Source of the DNA: Acidobacteriota bacterium
GTDB lineage: Bacteria; Acidobacteriota; UBA890; WLXD01
Length of the DNA: 64,000 bases
Reading direction: 5' to 3'
Assembly: GCA_965248695.1 (NCBI GenBank)
Contig: CBDFKD010000002.1
Location: 3,296,001-3,360,000, forward strand
Below the pieces are notes generated by a model. The model was not told the DNA's origin and searched no databases. It saw only the letters and a list, made by a program, of their open reading frames with translations. Positions 39,127-48,924 of this stretch are shown piece after piece (positions within the stretch are counted from its first letter, which is position 1; every line of letters begins with the position of its first letter). A program made the position numbers and the translations under genes.

Positions 39127-41487
39127 ATGAGGATCGGGGCGGTCGGCGGCGGGCCTGCAGGCCTGTACTTCTCTATCCTGATGAAACTCGCGCGGCCCGA
39201 TTGGGACATAAGCGTCTACGAGCGCAACCGCAGCGACGATACGTTCGGCTTCGGCGTCGTGTTCTCGGATGCAACGCTCGACAACCTTCGCGCCGCCGAT
39301 CGTGACTCCTGGAACGCCATCCGCGACAGCTTCCATCACTGGGACGACATCGACATCCACTGCCGTGGACAGGTGCTGCGGTCCACAGGGCACGGATTCT
39401 CGGGAATGTCGCGTCAGCGTCTCCTCACGATCCTGGCGGAGCGAGCTCGCGAGCTGGGCGTGCAGCTGCAATTCGGCACCGAGGTATCGGCGCCCGATGA
39501 GCTTGGCAATGCCGATCTGATCCTCGCGGCGGACGGGGTGCGCAGCGCGCTGCGCGACCGGTTCGCTGAACGGTTCGAGCCCCAGGTCGACCTGCGTCCG
39601 AATCGTTTCGTGTGGCTAGGAACCACCTGCCCGTTCGCCGCCTTCACCTTCCTGTTCAAAGAGAGCGCCCACGGCCTGTGGCGGGTGCATGCCTACCAGT
39701 ACCGAGCGAGCGGCAACAACGGCGAGACCGAGCCGATCTCGACCTTCATCGTCGAGGTGACCGCGACGACATTCGAAGCCGCTGGCCTGGATGAGAACGA
39801 CGAGGACGCCACCATCGACCATTGCCAGCGGCTGTTCGCCGACGAGCTTCGCGGACACCGACTGATCAAGAACCGCTCTGTGTGGCGATGCTTCCCGACC
39901 ATAAGCAACGCGCGCTGGCATCACGACAACGTCGTGCTGCTAGGCGACGCCGCGCACACGGCGCATTTTTCCGTCGGATCGGGGACCAAGCTGGCGATGG
40001 AGGACGCCATCGCGCTGAGCGCCGCGCTAGCCAGAAGCAGTAGCAAGGGCGAGCCCGACGCGGCAGCCATCGAGGGCGCGCTCAGCGCGTACGAAACAAC
40101 CCGCAGGCCGGAGGTCGAGAGCCTGCAGCGCGCCGCACAGGCGAGCCTGCAGTGGTTCGAGGATACCGAGAGATACTGGAACGATGATCCGATCCAATTC
40201 GGCTACGGTCTGCTGACCCGCAGCCTTCGAATCACCCACCAGGACCTGGCGGCCCGCGACCCGGACTATGTCGCGCGCGTCGACGAATGGTTCGCTGAAG
40301 CGGCTGCGGCGCAGTCGGGCATTCCGGTCGCCGAGGTCGCGGCACTGCCGCTGCAACAGGCGCCGGCGGTACTTGCGCGCAGCCTGCAGACGGGCGCCGG
40401 CACACCACCGCCGATGTTCACGCCCTTCAAGCTGCGCCAGCTCGTCCTGGTGAATCGCGTCGTCGTCTCGCCGATGTGTCAGTACAGCGCCGCCGATGGC
40501 ATGCCGAATCAGTGGCATGCCGTCCATCTCGGCGCGCGCGCAATCGGTGGGGCAGCGCTGGTGATGACGGAGATGACCGATATCAGCGCAGAGGGGCGAA
40601 TATCGCCCGGCTGCACCGGTATGTACAGCGACGAGCACGTCGAAGGGTGGCGACGGATCGTCGAGTTCGTGCACCGCCACAGCTACGCCAAGATCGGTCT
40701 GCAGCTGGCGCACGCCGGACGCAAGGGGTCTACGCGCCGGTCGTGGGAGGGTGCCGACGAGCCGCTAGAAGACGGCAACTGGCCGCTGATCGCCGCCTCC
40801 CCGATCCCGTGGTTCCCTCACAGCCAGACCCCGCGCGAGATGACGCGCGGCGACATGAACAGCGTGCGCGATGACTTCGTGGCGGCAGTCGAGCGCGCCG
40901 ATGCCGCCGAGTTCGACCTCATCGAGCTGCACATGGCGCACGGATACCTACTTGCGGGCTTCATCTCGCCGCTGACCAACGCACGCACCGATAGGTATGG
41001 TGGGTCGATTGCCAACCGCATGCGGTATCCGCTCGAGGTCTTCGCGGCCATGCGCGCCACCTGGCCGGCGCACAAGCCGATGTCGGTGCGCATCTCGGCG
41101 GTCGACTGGGTACCCGGCGGAATGCAACCTGAAGACGCGGTCGAGGTAGCGCGACTGCTGGCCGAGGCCCAATGCGACCTGGTGGACGTCTCGGCCGGGC
41201 AAACGGTTCCGGACGCCCGCCCGGCGTACGGCCGCCAGTTCCAGACCCCGTTCGCCGACCGCATCCGGCACGAGGTACCGATCGCCACCATGGCGGTAGG
41301 CAACATCTCCTCGTTCATGGATGTGAACACGATCCTGGCCGCCGGGCGCGCCGATCTCTGTGCCCTGGCCAGAGCGCACCTGTGGGACCCGTACTGGACC
41401 CGAAACGCGGCGCACGCGCAAGGCTTCGAGCTTCCCTGGCCGGATCCCTACGCGGTGCTCGACCGGTACACACCGCGCTTCCGCTAG
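39127..41487 (+). CDS. abmA: Bifunctional anthraniloyl-CoA monooxygenase/reductase (salicylyl-CoA 5-hydroxylase family)
   Basis: [40 protein letters not shown] (FAD monooxygenase) fused to an old-yellow-enzyme domain ([37 protein letters not shown]). Confidence 0.92.
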   Translation: MRIGAVGGGPAGLYFSILMKLARPDWDISVYERNRSDDTFGFGVVFSDATLDNLRAADRDSWNAIRDSFHHWDDIDIHCRGQVLRSTGHGFSGMSRQRLLTILAERARELGVQLQFGTEVSAPDELGNADLILAADGVRSALRDRFAERFEPQVDLRPNRFVWLGTTCPFAAFTFLFKESAHGLWRVHAYQYRASGNNGETEPISTFIVEVTATTFEAAGLDENDEDATIDHCQRLFADELRGHRLIKNRSVWRCFPTISNARWHHDNVVLLGDAAHTAHFSVGSGTKLAMEDAIALSAALARSSSKGEPDAAAIEGALSAYETTRRPEVESLQRAAQASLQWFEDTERYWNDDPIQFGYGLLTRSLRITHQDLAARDPDYVARVDEWFAEAAAAQSGIPVAEVAALPLQQAPAVLARSLQTGAGTPPPMFTPFKLRQLVLVNRVVVSPMCQYSAADGMPNQWHAVHLGARAIGGAALVMTEMTDISAEGRISPGCTGMYSDEHVEGWRRIVEFVHRHSYAKIGLQLAHAGRKGSTRRSWEGADEPLEDGNWPLIAASPIPWFPHSQTPREMTRGDMNSVRDDFVAAVERADAAEFDLIELHMAHGYLLAGFISPLTNARTDRYGGSIANRMRYPLEVFAAMRATWPAHKPMSVRISAVDWVPGGMQPEDAVEVARLLAEAQCDLVDVSAGQTVPDARPAYGRQFQTPFADRIRHEVPIATMAVGNISSFMDVNTILAAGRADLCALARAHLWDPYWTRNAAHAQGFELPWPDPYAVLDRYTPRFR

Positions 41488-41646
41488 CCTTGTCAAGCCT
41501 TGTTTGTCATCATCATTATTAAGTATCGTTTCTGCATAAACAGAGGCGAATAAAGGTATTTAAAGTCTTTTTATATGTTTTACTGACTTTTAATAACTCG
41601 AAAACGCTCTGATGACCGAGATTGTCCGCTAAAGTCTCGGATAGAC
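41488..41646. other. AT-rich intergenic island, probable promoter region of the GWxTD-like gene
   Basis: Hand count of 41501-41600 gives 28 G+C per 100 bases, against roughly two-thirds in the flanks. Confidence 0.7.
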
Positions 41647-41709
41647 ATGACGGCAAGCCACGGCAAGCCGTCACACCGAAGCCTCCCCGGCCCTGCAAAG
41701 GAGGATTCG

Positions 41710-42879
41710 GTGCGCAGGACGACGACAGTGATGCTGCTGGTCGGGTTGATATGGACCAGCGCCACAGCCACCGAGGCATCAGCGCCCACCCCAGCCCGCT
41801 TCACCCGCTGGCTCGAGGGGCCCATCAGCGCGCTCATCCTTCCCGACGAGATCGAGGCGGCGCGGGAGATCGGCGGATCCGGGCTCGAGGAGGAGTTCAT
41901 CGCCTGGTTCTGGGCACGTCGTGACCCCGATGCCGCCACGCCGCTCAACGAGCTCCGTGCCGAATTCGCGGATCGGCTTGCCTTCGTGGACAAGGAGTAC
42001 CTGGAACCCGAGCACGGCCTCCCGGGTTGGGGCACCCCACGCGGGCAGATCTACCTGTTGATGGGAGCGCCGAGCGAGGTGCTCTCGAGCTCGCAGCGAT
42101 ACCGGGTAGAGGGCTCGCTACGTCGTCTCACGGTATGGCACTACGGGCGGCGTGCTGGCGGGCGATCGGTACGCTTCTGTTTCGTCGAGACACGGTCGGG
42201 TATCAGGCTCGCCACCGACCAGAAGCGGCGAATGCAAACTGACCAAACCGCGGCTCTCGACGCTGCTCGCAGTCGTCTGGTGGTCCGTACCGCCGGCGGA
42301 CGTTTCGGAGAGTCTGGCGATTACGACGACGAATCGCTGCCGCTCGATGTCAGCATCGCCGAGCGCGACGAGGGATGGTTGGCAGCGATCCGGCTACCGT
42401 TGCACGAGTTGCTCGGCGAGCCCGACGGTGAGGCGATTCGATACCGGCTGGCCATCGCCGCCAGGTCCGGGCACGGAACAGGAACGCAGCGCGAGTACCA
42501 GTTGGGCGCCCTGGAGATCCGGCTGAGCGCAAGCGACTTCCGTACCTGGTCAGATCAACAGATCCACATCGCAGTCTGGGCGCCGACCGGCGTGACAACG
42601 CTGCAGATTACCGAGACCCCCACCGGACGCTCTAGCACCGTCGCGTTGCAATCGACCGGCATCGTGCCTGACACGATCGCCATGGCCCGGAAGCTGGCGG
42701 TGAGCCCGCTGCCCGGCGAAAGCGGCATGGCAATCGCCTATTTCCCGACCTGCCCGGTGCGGCACCCGAATGCCGTCGCGACGCTCATCGCGGCGCCACG
42801 GGACGCCATACCGGGTGTCGAGCTGCTGCCCGGCGGCCAGCTGGCCTTGGCGCTACCGCGCCCTTCCAGCGACCGCTGA
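41710..42879 (+). CDS. GWxTD-domain-like exported protein (variant motif GWGTP)
   Basis: GGAGG + GTG 41710; signal peptide; WLEGPISALI, FIAWFWARRDP..ATPLNE, R...V...Y, PGWGTPRGQIYLLMGAP, VWHY. Confidence 0.75.
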   Translation: MRRTTTVMLLVGLIWTSATATEASAPTPARFTRWLEGPISALILPDEIEAAREIGGSGLEEEFIAWFWARRDPDAATPLNELRAEFADRLAFVDKEYLEPEHGLPGWGTPRGQIYLLMGAPSEVLSSSQRYRVEGSLRRLTVWHYGRRAGGRSVRFCFVETRSGIRLATDQKRRMQTDQTAALDAARSRLVVRTAGGRFGESGDYDDESLPLDVSIAERDEGWLAAIRLPLHELLGEPDGEAIRYRLAIAARSGHGTGTQREYQLGALEIRLSASDFRTWSDQQIHIAVWAPTGVTTLQITETPTGRSSTVALQSTGIVPDTIAMARKLAVSPLPGESGMAIAYFPTCPVRHPNAVATLIAAPRDAIPGVELLPGGQLALALPRPSSDR

Positions 42880-42984
42880 TCAACGCCCTGACTCGACCCG
42901 GCAGTTGAGCTAAGCTGCCGGAACGGTCTGAGGTGAGCGACGATCGCTCCCTCGGCGAGGCGAATCCCTGCAGCGAGGACTCCC

Positions 42985-43770
42985 GTGCGCTCGCGTACCT
43001 ACGCCGAGTATCTGAAGCTCGCCGAGTTGCTCGATCTACAGCAGCCCAAGTCAGAGGGCCCGGAGCATGACGAGATGCTGTTCATCGTCATCCACCAGGT
43101 CTACGAGCTGTGGTTCAAGCAGGTGCTGCACGAGCTCGACCACCTCGGGGCGCGGTTCCAGGACGGCGACACGGACGCAGCCCTTCGAGCCCTGAAGCGC
43201 GTGCTCACGATTCTCAAGACATTGGTGGCACAGATCGATGTTCTCGAGACCATGTCGCCACTCGACTTCCTGAGCTTTCGTGATCGGCTCGAGTCGGCCA
43301 GTGGATTCGAGTCGTGCCAGTTTCGGGAGCTGGAGTTCGCGCTGGGCATGAAGAGCAGCGTCACGATCGAACGCTTCCCCGAGGGATCGTGGGAGCGCCA
43401 ACGCCTGACGGAACGGCAGCGGTCTCCATCGTTGTGGCAACACTTCGTTGCCTTCCTCGGTACGCAAGGCATGGAAATACCCACCGAGGCCATACCGGTA
43501 ACGTCGGCCGAGCAGACCCCCGAGAGCCCTGCGCTGCAGGAACACCTGGTCGCGATCTATCGTACGAACACGGCGCTGTCGCAGGTGTGCGAGCGACTCG
43601 TTGACCTTGACGAGGGAATCCAGGAGTGGCGCTACCGTCACGTCAAGATGGTGCAGCGCACCATCGGCACCAAGCGCGGCACCGGGGGCAGCTCGGGAGT
43701 CGAGTACCTGCAAACCACGCTCTTCAAGCCCCTGTTTCCGGACTTGTGGGCCATCCGTAGCGAGCTCTAG
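42985..43770 (+). CDS. kynA: Tryptophan 2,3-dioxygenase
   Basis: TYAEYLKL, HDEMLFIVIHQVYELWFK, FRDRL..ASGF, WRYRHVKMVQRTIGTKRGTGGSSG, LFPDLW. Confidence 0.95.
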   Translation: MRSRTYAEYLKLAELLDLQQPKSEGPEHDEMLFIVIHQVYELWFKQVLHELDHLGARFQDGDTDAALRALKRVLTILKTLVAQIDVLETMSPLDFLSFRDRLESASGFESCQFRELEFALGMKSSVTIERFPEGSWERQRLTERQRSPSLWQHFVAFLGTQGMEIPTEAIPVTSAEQTPESPALQEHLVAIYRTNTALSQVCERLVDLDEGIQEWRYRHVKMVQRTIGTKRGTGGSSGVEYLQTTLFKPLFPDLWAIRSEL

Positions 43771-43813
43771 TGGCCGGGAGCAGGGAACCCTCGACCGCCA
43801 CCCGGCGCCTGTC

Positions 43814-45049
43814 TTGACGGCGCAGACCGGCGGCCCGATTCCCGCAACACGGTTCGACACCACGCAGCTGTCGGCCACTCCGAATCCACTCGCGAGCCAC
43901 TACACGCGTTTCCGAGTAGCGCAGCGAATGCTGCTCACGGGCCACTCCCATCAAGCCTGGCCAGACTGCGGATTCGATGGCCAGCGCCAAGCGTGGCTCG
44001 ATGCGGCGGAGCTGGTTGACCACAAGTGGGAGCGCGCGTTCGCCAGGGCGCAACGGGTGCGGCAGGGTTGGGCGCGGCTCTTACAGGACGATGCCGACGC
44101 CATCGCACTGGGGCCCAATACCCACGAGCTGGTGGTTCGCTTGTTGTCGGCGTTGCCGTTGGGCAAACGGCCGCGCCTGGTCACCACGGACGGTGAGTTT
44201 CATACCCTGCGTCGGCAGCTCGATCGTCTGGCGGAGGAGCGGGTCGAGGTCGTCAAGCTCGCGGCCGAACCGACCGAGACACTGGCCGAACGGCTCTCGG
44301 CCGCGGTCAACGACCGCACCGCGCTGGTCGCTGTCTCCAGCGTCATGTTCCAGAGCGCCAGGCGCGTACCGCATCTGGGGCGCCTGAGCACCGCCTGTCA
44401 GCGTGCTGGCACCGAGCTGCTGATCGACGTGTACCACTCCCTCAACGCAATCCCGTTCTCGGTGGGTGAGGCGGGCCTGGAGACAGCGTTCATCGTCGGC
44501 GGCGGCTACAAGTACTGTCAGCTCGGCGAGGGCAACTGCTTTCTTCGCTTGCCGCCCGGCTGCCGCTTGCGCCCCGTGATTACCGGTTGGTTCGCGGAGT
44601 TCGACACGCTCAGCGATGCCGATGCCGGCCGCGTCGGATACGCCCGCGGTGGGGCACGCTTCGCCGGTGCTACCTACGATCCGACGGCGCACTACCGCGC
44701 CGCCGACGTCTTCGACTTCTTCGAGCATCATGGGCTCTCCCCGGAGATCTTGCGGCAGGTTAGCCAGCGCCAGATGGGTGTGCTGGCCGACACCTTCGAC
44801 GCGCTGGATCTCGACCCCGCGCAGATAGCGCGCGACCGCGATACCCCTCTACGGGAGCTGGGTGGGTTCCTGGCTCTGAGCTCACCCCATGCGGCGGAGC
44901 TCAACCATCGTCTCGGCGAGCTGGGCGTACAGACCGACTACCGCGGCGACGTGCTACGTTTCGGCCCCGCCCCCTACCTCGACGATAGCCAGCTCGAGAG
45001 CGCCATGGAACGTCTCGGCGAAGCCACCCGGCAGGAGCTTGGACGGTGA
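43814..45049 (+). CDS. kynU: Kynureninase (class V PLP enzyme)
   Basis: LLTGHSHQA, EFH, LIDVYH, GGGYKYCQLGEG (PLP Lys), TGWFA, GATYDP, TDYRG..LRFGPAPY; directly after kynA; start approximate. Confidence 0.85.
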   Translation: MTAQTGGPIPATRFDTTQLSATPNPLASHYTRFRVAQRMLLTGHSHQAWPDCGFDGQRQAWLDAAELVDHKWERAFARAQRVRQGWARLLQDDADAIALGPNTHELVVRLLSALPLGKRPRLVTTDGEFHTLRRQLDRLAEERVEVVKLAAEPTETLAERLSAAVNDRTALVAVSSVMFQSARRVPHLGRLSTACQRAGTELLIDVYHSLNAIPFSVGEAGLETAFIVGGGYKYCQLGEGNCFLRLPPGCRLRPVITGWFAEFDTLSDADAGRVGYARGGARFAGATYDPTAHYRAADVFDFFEHHGLSPEILRQVSQRQMGVLADTFDALDLDPAQIARDRDTPLRELGGFLALSSPHAAELNHRLGELGVQTDYRGDVLRFGPAPYLDDSQLESAMERLGEATRQELGR

Positions 45050-46719
45050 TCGCCGCACTGGCGGCGCTGGCCGCGCTGGCGATGCCCGCAACGCAGCAGG
45101 CTGGGCCCGTAGTGTGGAGCCCGTGCGCGGTCGACGCCGAGGACTCGAGCCAGACTGCAGAATGCGCCGTGGTCAGCATGCCGCTGCGACACGACCTCGA
45201 CGACAGCGACAACATCGGCATCGCCGTCAAGCGCGTGCTCGGCTCCAGCCATCCCGGCCGTCAGGGCGGCACAGGAACGACGCCCGTCGCTGCCCGGCGT
45301 CAAGTCTGGTTTCTGAACGGCGGGCCGGGCGACTCGGGGATCGAGGCCATCGGGCGTGTCCGACCGTTGTTCGACGACGGCGGCATCGACGTCTACACGC
45401 TGGACCATCGCGGTGTCGGCGGCAGTGCGTTGCTCGCATGCCCGGAGCAACAGGCCGAGGATAGCGAGGAAGGAAACGAAGTCGCAGCCGCCGAATGGGG
45501 TTCGTGCATCGAGTTCATCAACGCCGAGCGCCACGATCTACTGGCGCTGACGATCACCCAGGCCGCCCATGACGTCGGGCGACTCATCGAGCTCACCCGG
45601 GGGCCAGAGGATCGTGTGTTCGTTTTCGGTGCCTCGTACGGCACGACCTGGGCGAACCGCTACCTGAGCCTGTATCCGGAGCAACCGGAGGGCGTGATCC
45701 TCGATGGCATCGTGCCGGCAGACTGGACGTTCGCCGAGTTCGACAGCGGACTCGACACGACGGCGCGCAGCATCCTGGCGCGTTGCGCCAACTTCCAGGA
45801 GTGCTCTCGACATCTCGGCGCCGACCCGATCGCGCTCGCCGAGGCGCTTCCGGGGAAGTTCGATGCCGGCCACTGCAGCGACCTGCAGATCGACAGCAAC
45901 ACAGTCAGGCTGTTGCTCGGCAACATGCTCATGGGCGGACCTGAGGTGTGGCCTTACATACCGGCGATGGTGTATCGGCTCGATCGCTGCAAGCTGCGCG
46001 ACCTGCTGGCCATCGGCGAGCTCTTTGCACGCCTGTTCGAGAGCGGCGAGGCGGGCCAGGAGAGCGAGTCCCACGCGCAGGTGTTGCAACGCCATATCGT
46101 CTTGTCGGAGCTGTGGCCCGATCCCTCTCCGCCGGTAGAGGACTTCGAGGCTGCCATCGAAGAAACGTTGATGACGACTGCGGTGAGTGCGTCGTTCGCT
46201 TCCACGTGGGCGCAATGGCCCCGCTACCCGCTCGATGAGCACACCGGACAGTTCGCCACGTTCGAAGGCCCCATGCTCATGTTGCATGGCGGACTCGATC
46301 CGACCATGCCGGTGGAGCGGCTGCGCGACCTGCGCGCACGCTTCGGCGGAGAGCACCAGACCTTTGCGTTCTTCCCGCACGCCGGGCACGTCACCGTGAA
46401 CTCGGGGGGCAGCTGCGCCGCCGGGCTTTACGGTGCGTTCGTCGACAACCCGGCGGCGACTCTTGACCTCGGATGCATCGCCGACCTCCCCCCGGTGGAC
46501 TTCAGCGGCACGAGATTCGACGCCGATTCGCTATTCGGCACCGCCGATTTCTGGGGCGACCGGCTCAGCACCCTCGAGTGGTTGCTGGTCGCCGCCGCTG
46601 TGGCCGTGCTCGGAGCGCTGGTCGGTGTGGTCCGGTGGGGCGTTCGTCGCCGGCGGCGGCGAGCCCGGCCTGAGCTCGATCTCGAGGGGAGCAAGGCACC
46701 GGGGGCGGACCAGGGATAA
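45046..46719 (+). CDS. Exported alpha/beta hydrolase (TAP-like peptidase) with C-terminal membrane anchor
   Basis: Signal peptide; WSPC, LNGGPG, DHRGVG, GASYG, LDG, GGLDP, AGH; C-terminal TM followed by RRRRRR. Confidence 0.85.
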   Translation: MIAALAALAALAMPATQQAGPVVWSPCAVDAEDSSQTAECAVVSMPLRHDLDDSDNIGIAVKRVLGSSHPGRQGGTGTTPVAARRQVWFLNGGPGDSGIEAIGRVRPLFDDGGIDVYTLDHRGVGGSALLACPEQQAEDSEEGNEVAAAEWGSCIEFINAERHDLLALTITQAAHDVGRLIELTRGPEDRVFVFGASYGTTWANRYLSLYPEQPEGVILDGIVPADWTFAEFDSGLDTTARSILARCANFQECSRHLGADPIALAEALPGKFDAGHCSDLQIDSNTVRLLLGNMLMGGPEVWPYIPAMVYRLDRCKLRDLLAIGELFARLFESGEAGQESESHAQVLQRHIVLSELWPDPSPPVEDFEAAIEETLMTTAVSASFASTWAQWPRYPLDEHTGQFATFEGPMLMLHGGLDPTMPVERLRDLRARFGGEHQTFAFFPHAGHVTVNSGGSCAAGLYGAFVDNPAATLDLGCIADLPPVDFSGTRFDADSLFGTADFWGDRLSTLEWLLVAAAVAVLGALVGVVRWGVRRRRRRARPELDLEGSKAPGADQG

Positions 46720-46802
46720 CCGCCCCGGCACCTCACGCAGGGTCGCGTGAAGCTCGGGTCTCCCTCAAGTGCTTCGTCGGGTCTCCGTCTCGGAAAGCGC
46801 GT

Positions 46803-47582
46803 TCATAGCCTGCCTCCGACGGAGACGAAAGCGCTCACGTCATCGTCCCCGTTGGCCCATCCCCCGGGCTGGCTGAAGGCCGTATCGACCTCCTCGTCGG
46901 CACCCGCCGAGTAGCACACGACGGCGCTCGAGAAACCAGTGCTTGCGACGGCTCGTGGGACGTAAAGGCTGAAGACATTGACCATGTAGCGATTGCCCCA
47001 GGGATCGGCTTCGATGCGGTCGGCGACGTAGGGCCCTCTCCAGGCGAACAGGCTGTTGGAGCCCTGTGTACCGGCAGAGACGGAGGTCAGGCCCCCTTCA
47101 ACGCCGCCAGCAATCCCGTCGACCGTGTCCGTAGGCATGCGATAACCCCGGCTCGGCCCACCTAGTGGGGTGTCGTGCAACAGATGATTGGCAAGCGTAT
47201 CGACGGTGAAACGGTGGTTCGTCCCGCCGGAGTCAGCGGGTTGCTCGAAGTCATTGCCCTCGCCGAGCAACCACGAGGCGCCTGCGGCGCCCGGCAACCG
47301 GTTGTTGAGGGCGGGAACACTTCCGTCGCCGATGAGTAGACCGACCGGGAGGCTGTTGGCCGTGGCGACCGGTTCGCCGCCATGGGACGCCAGGTTGCCG
47401 GTGTCGAGGATGAGCCGCGCCAGGGCGCTGCACACGCGCGTGACGTCCTCCTGCACGCGGGCAAACCACGCCAGACGATTGAAGTCGCCGATGTTGACCA
47501 GCACGATCGACAGGACCACGAGCACGGCGAGGATAATGACGCTGACCTCCACCAGAGTGAATCCCGCTGCCTGTCTGCTCAT
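46803..47582 (-). CDS. Prepilin-type N-terminal cleavage/methylation domain protein (pseudopilin, GspG-like C-terminus)
   Basis: AG|FTLVE + hydrophobic helix; WRGPYV...DPWGNRY...SAGAD...DD motif; AGGAG RBS. Confidence 0.85.
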   Translation of the reverse strand: MSRQAAGFTLVEVSVIILAVLVVLSIVLVNIGDFNRLAWFARVQEDVTRVCSALARLILDTGNLASHGGEPVATANSLPVGLLIGDGSVPALNNRLPGAAGASWLLGEGNDFEQPADSGGTNHRFTVDTLANHLLHDTPLGGPSRGYRMPTDTVDGIAGGVEGGLTSVSAGTQGSNSLFAWRGPYVADRIEADPWGNRYMVNVFSLYVPRAVASTGFSSAVVCYSAGADEEVDTAFSQPGGWANGDDDVSAFVSVGGRL

Positions 47583-48012
47583 CGACCTGCTCCTGTAGCA
47601 CGATGCCGGGGATCACCGCGGGGTCTGAGAACCAGGCTAGTCGCCACCGAGGCGCGACCAAAACCGACCAGGCCACGCCTGTCCGTATCTGCCGAGGAGC
47701 CAATCGCCAGCAGCCGCGCCCGGTGCCCGCCGCGTCCCCGGCCGGTCTTCGCGGCGCGGCTGCGGCCATTGCCGGTCGGCAACGGAAGGACCACGCACGG
47801 CGCTGCCCGCACGTGGCCAGTCGCCGTCGAGCACGGTCACCGCTGGCGCCCCGCCGGTCAATGGGTTGGTGGTCAGCCGCGGACATTGCTGGCGCGCGCC
47901 GCTACTTGCACCGACCACTTCCGCTGCCAAGACGCCACGCTATTGGCCACCGATGCCCGAAGGCTTCTGGTGTGCAGGAGTGGCTTTTGTTGTGTTGGTG
48001 AGTCGACGAAAA

Positions 48013-48924
48013 TCAGTCGGCCGGGAGCAGTAACTCCCCGATCAAGACCGTCACGGCGCATCCGCCAACGCGGACCGCCGCGATGCTCTCCGGCGGACCT
48101 AGCACCTCGACTCGCGCCGTCCCGGGCCGCCCCATCGAGTGGCCTTGCTCGGCGATGAATCGCGCCTCGTCGATCAATCCATGGTGCCAGCAGTAAGCCG
48201 CCATCGATCCGGTCGCCGATCCGGTGAACGGATCCTCGTAGGTGTCCGGCGGCAGGCCGAAGTGCCGCGCCGCGGTGTCGCCTGCCGCGCTGAATCCACC
48301 GAGACAGAACAGGTGTGGGCTGAAGAAATCCCCTTGCTCGAGGGCGGCGGAAAAAGCGGCCACGTCAAGCCGCGCCAGCGCCAGCGTCTCGCGATCGCGC
48401 ACGGGAACCATGAGCATCGGAGTTCCGGTGCTCACCGTCTGCGGCGGCGGCGCGCCTGCGAGCTCGTCGCCCGGGCCCAGCCCGAAGAGCGGCAGGACAT
48501 CGGAGAACGCGTAGCAACGCTGAAAGACCGGCCGCCGCTGGGTCATGGTGATCTCGGCAAGTTCGTCGCTGCCACGCACGTCGACGGTGATCGGGCCGTC
48601 CCGCAACTCCAGATGGAAGCTGGTGTCTCCCGTCGCAACGCTCAGACGTCCGGTGTCGATCAGCGCCCGGGTGGTTGCCAGCGTCGGGTGACCCGCCAGC
48701 GGGATCTCGTCGGCCGGCGTGAAGTAGCGGGCGCGAAAGTCCGCCACCTCGGATCGCATCACGAACGCCGTCTCGGACAAGTTCATCTCGAGGGCAATCG
48801 ACTGCATGGTAGCGGCGTCGAGGTCGTCAGCATCGAGCACCACCGCGCACGGGTTGCCCGCAAGCGGCCGGGAGGTGAACGCGTCGACCTGAAGCAACGG
48901 GAGCCGCCGCCGGTCAAGAGACAC
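48013..48924 (-). CDS. PhzF family isomerase (copy 2)
   Basis: QVDAFT..PLAGNPCAV, MNLSETAF, YFTP..EIPLAGHPT, STG, EDPFTGSA, EQG..MGRP. Confidence 0.92.
   Translation of the reverse strand: MSLDRRRLPLLQVDAFTSRPLAGNPCAVVLDADDLDAATMQSIALEMNLSETAFVMRSEVADFRARYFTPADEIPLAGHPTLATTRALIDTGRLSVATGDTSFHLELRDGPITVDVRGSDELAEITMTQRRPVFQRCYAFSDVLPLFGLGPGDELAGAPPPQTVSTGTPMLMVPVRDRETLALARLDVAAFSAALEQGDFFSPHLFCLGGFSAAGDTAARHFGLPPDTYEDPFTGSATGSMAAYCWHHGLIDEARFIAEQGHSMGRPGTARVEVLGPPESIAAVRVGGCAVTVLIGELLLPAD

Noticed and set aside
45046-46719. This alpha/beta hydrolase as the missing kynurenine formamidase
   Set aside because: It has a signal peptide, several Cys and a TAP-like architecture, so it is extracytoplasmic, whereas formylkynurenine is made in the cytoplasm.
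47583-48012. Sigma54 promoter or real CDS upstream of the pilin gene
   Set aside because: No TGGCAC-N5-TTGC match with correct spacing; candidate ORFs lack an RBS and recognisable motifs.
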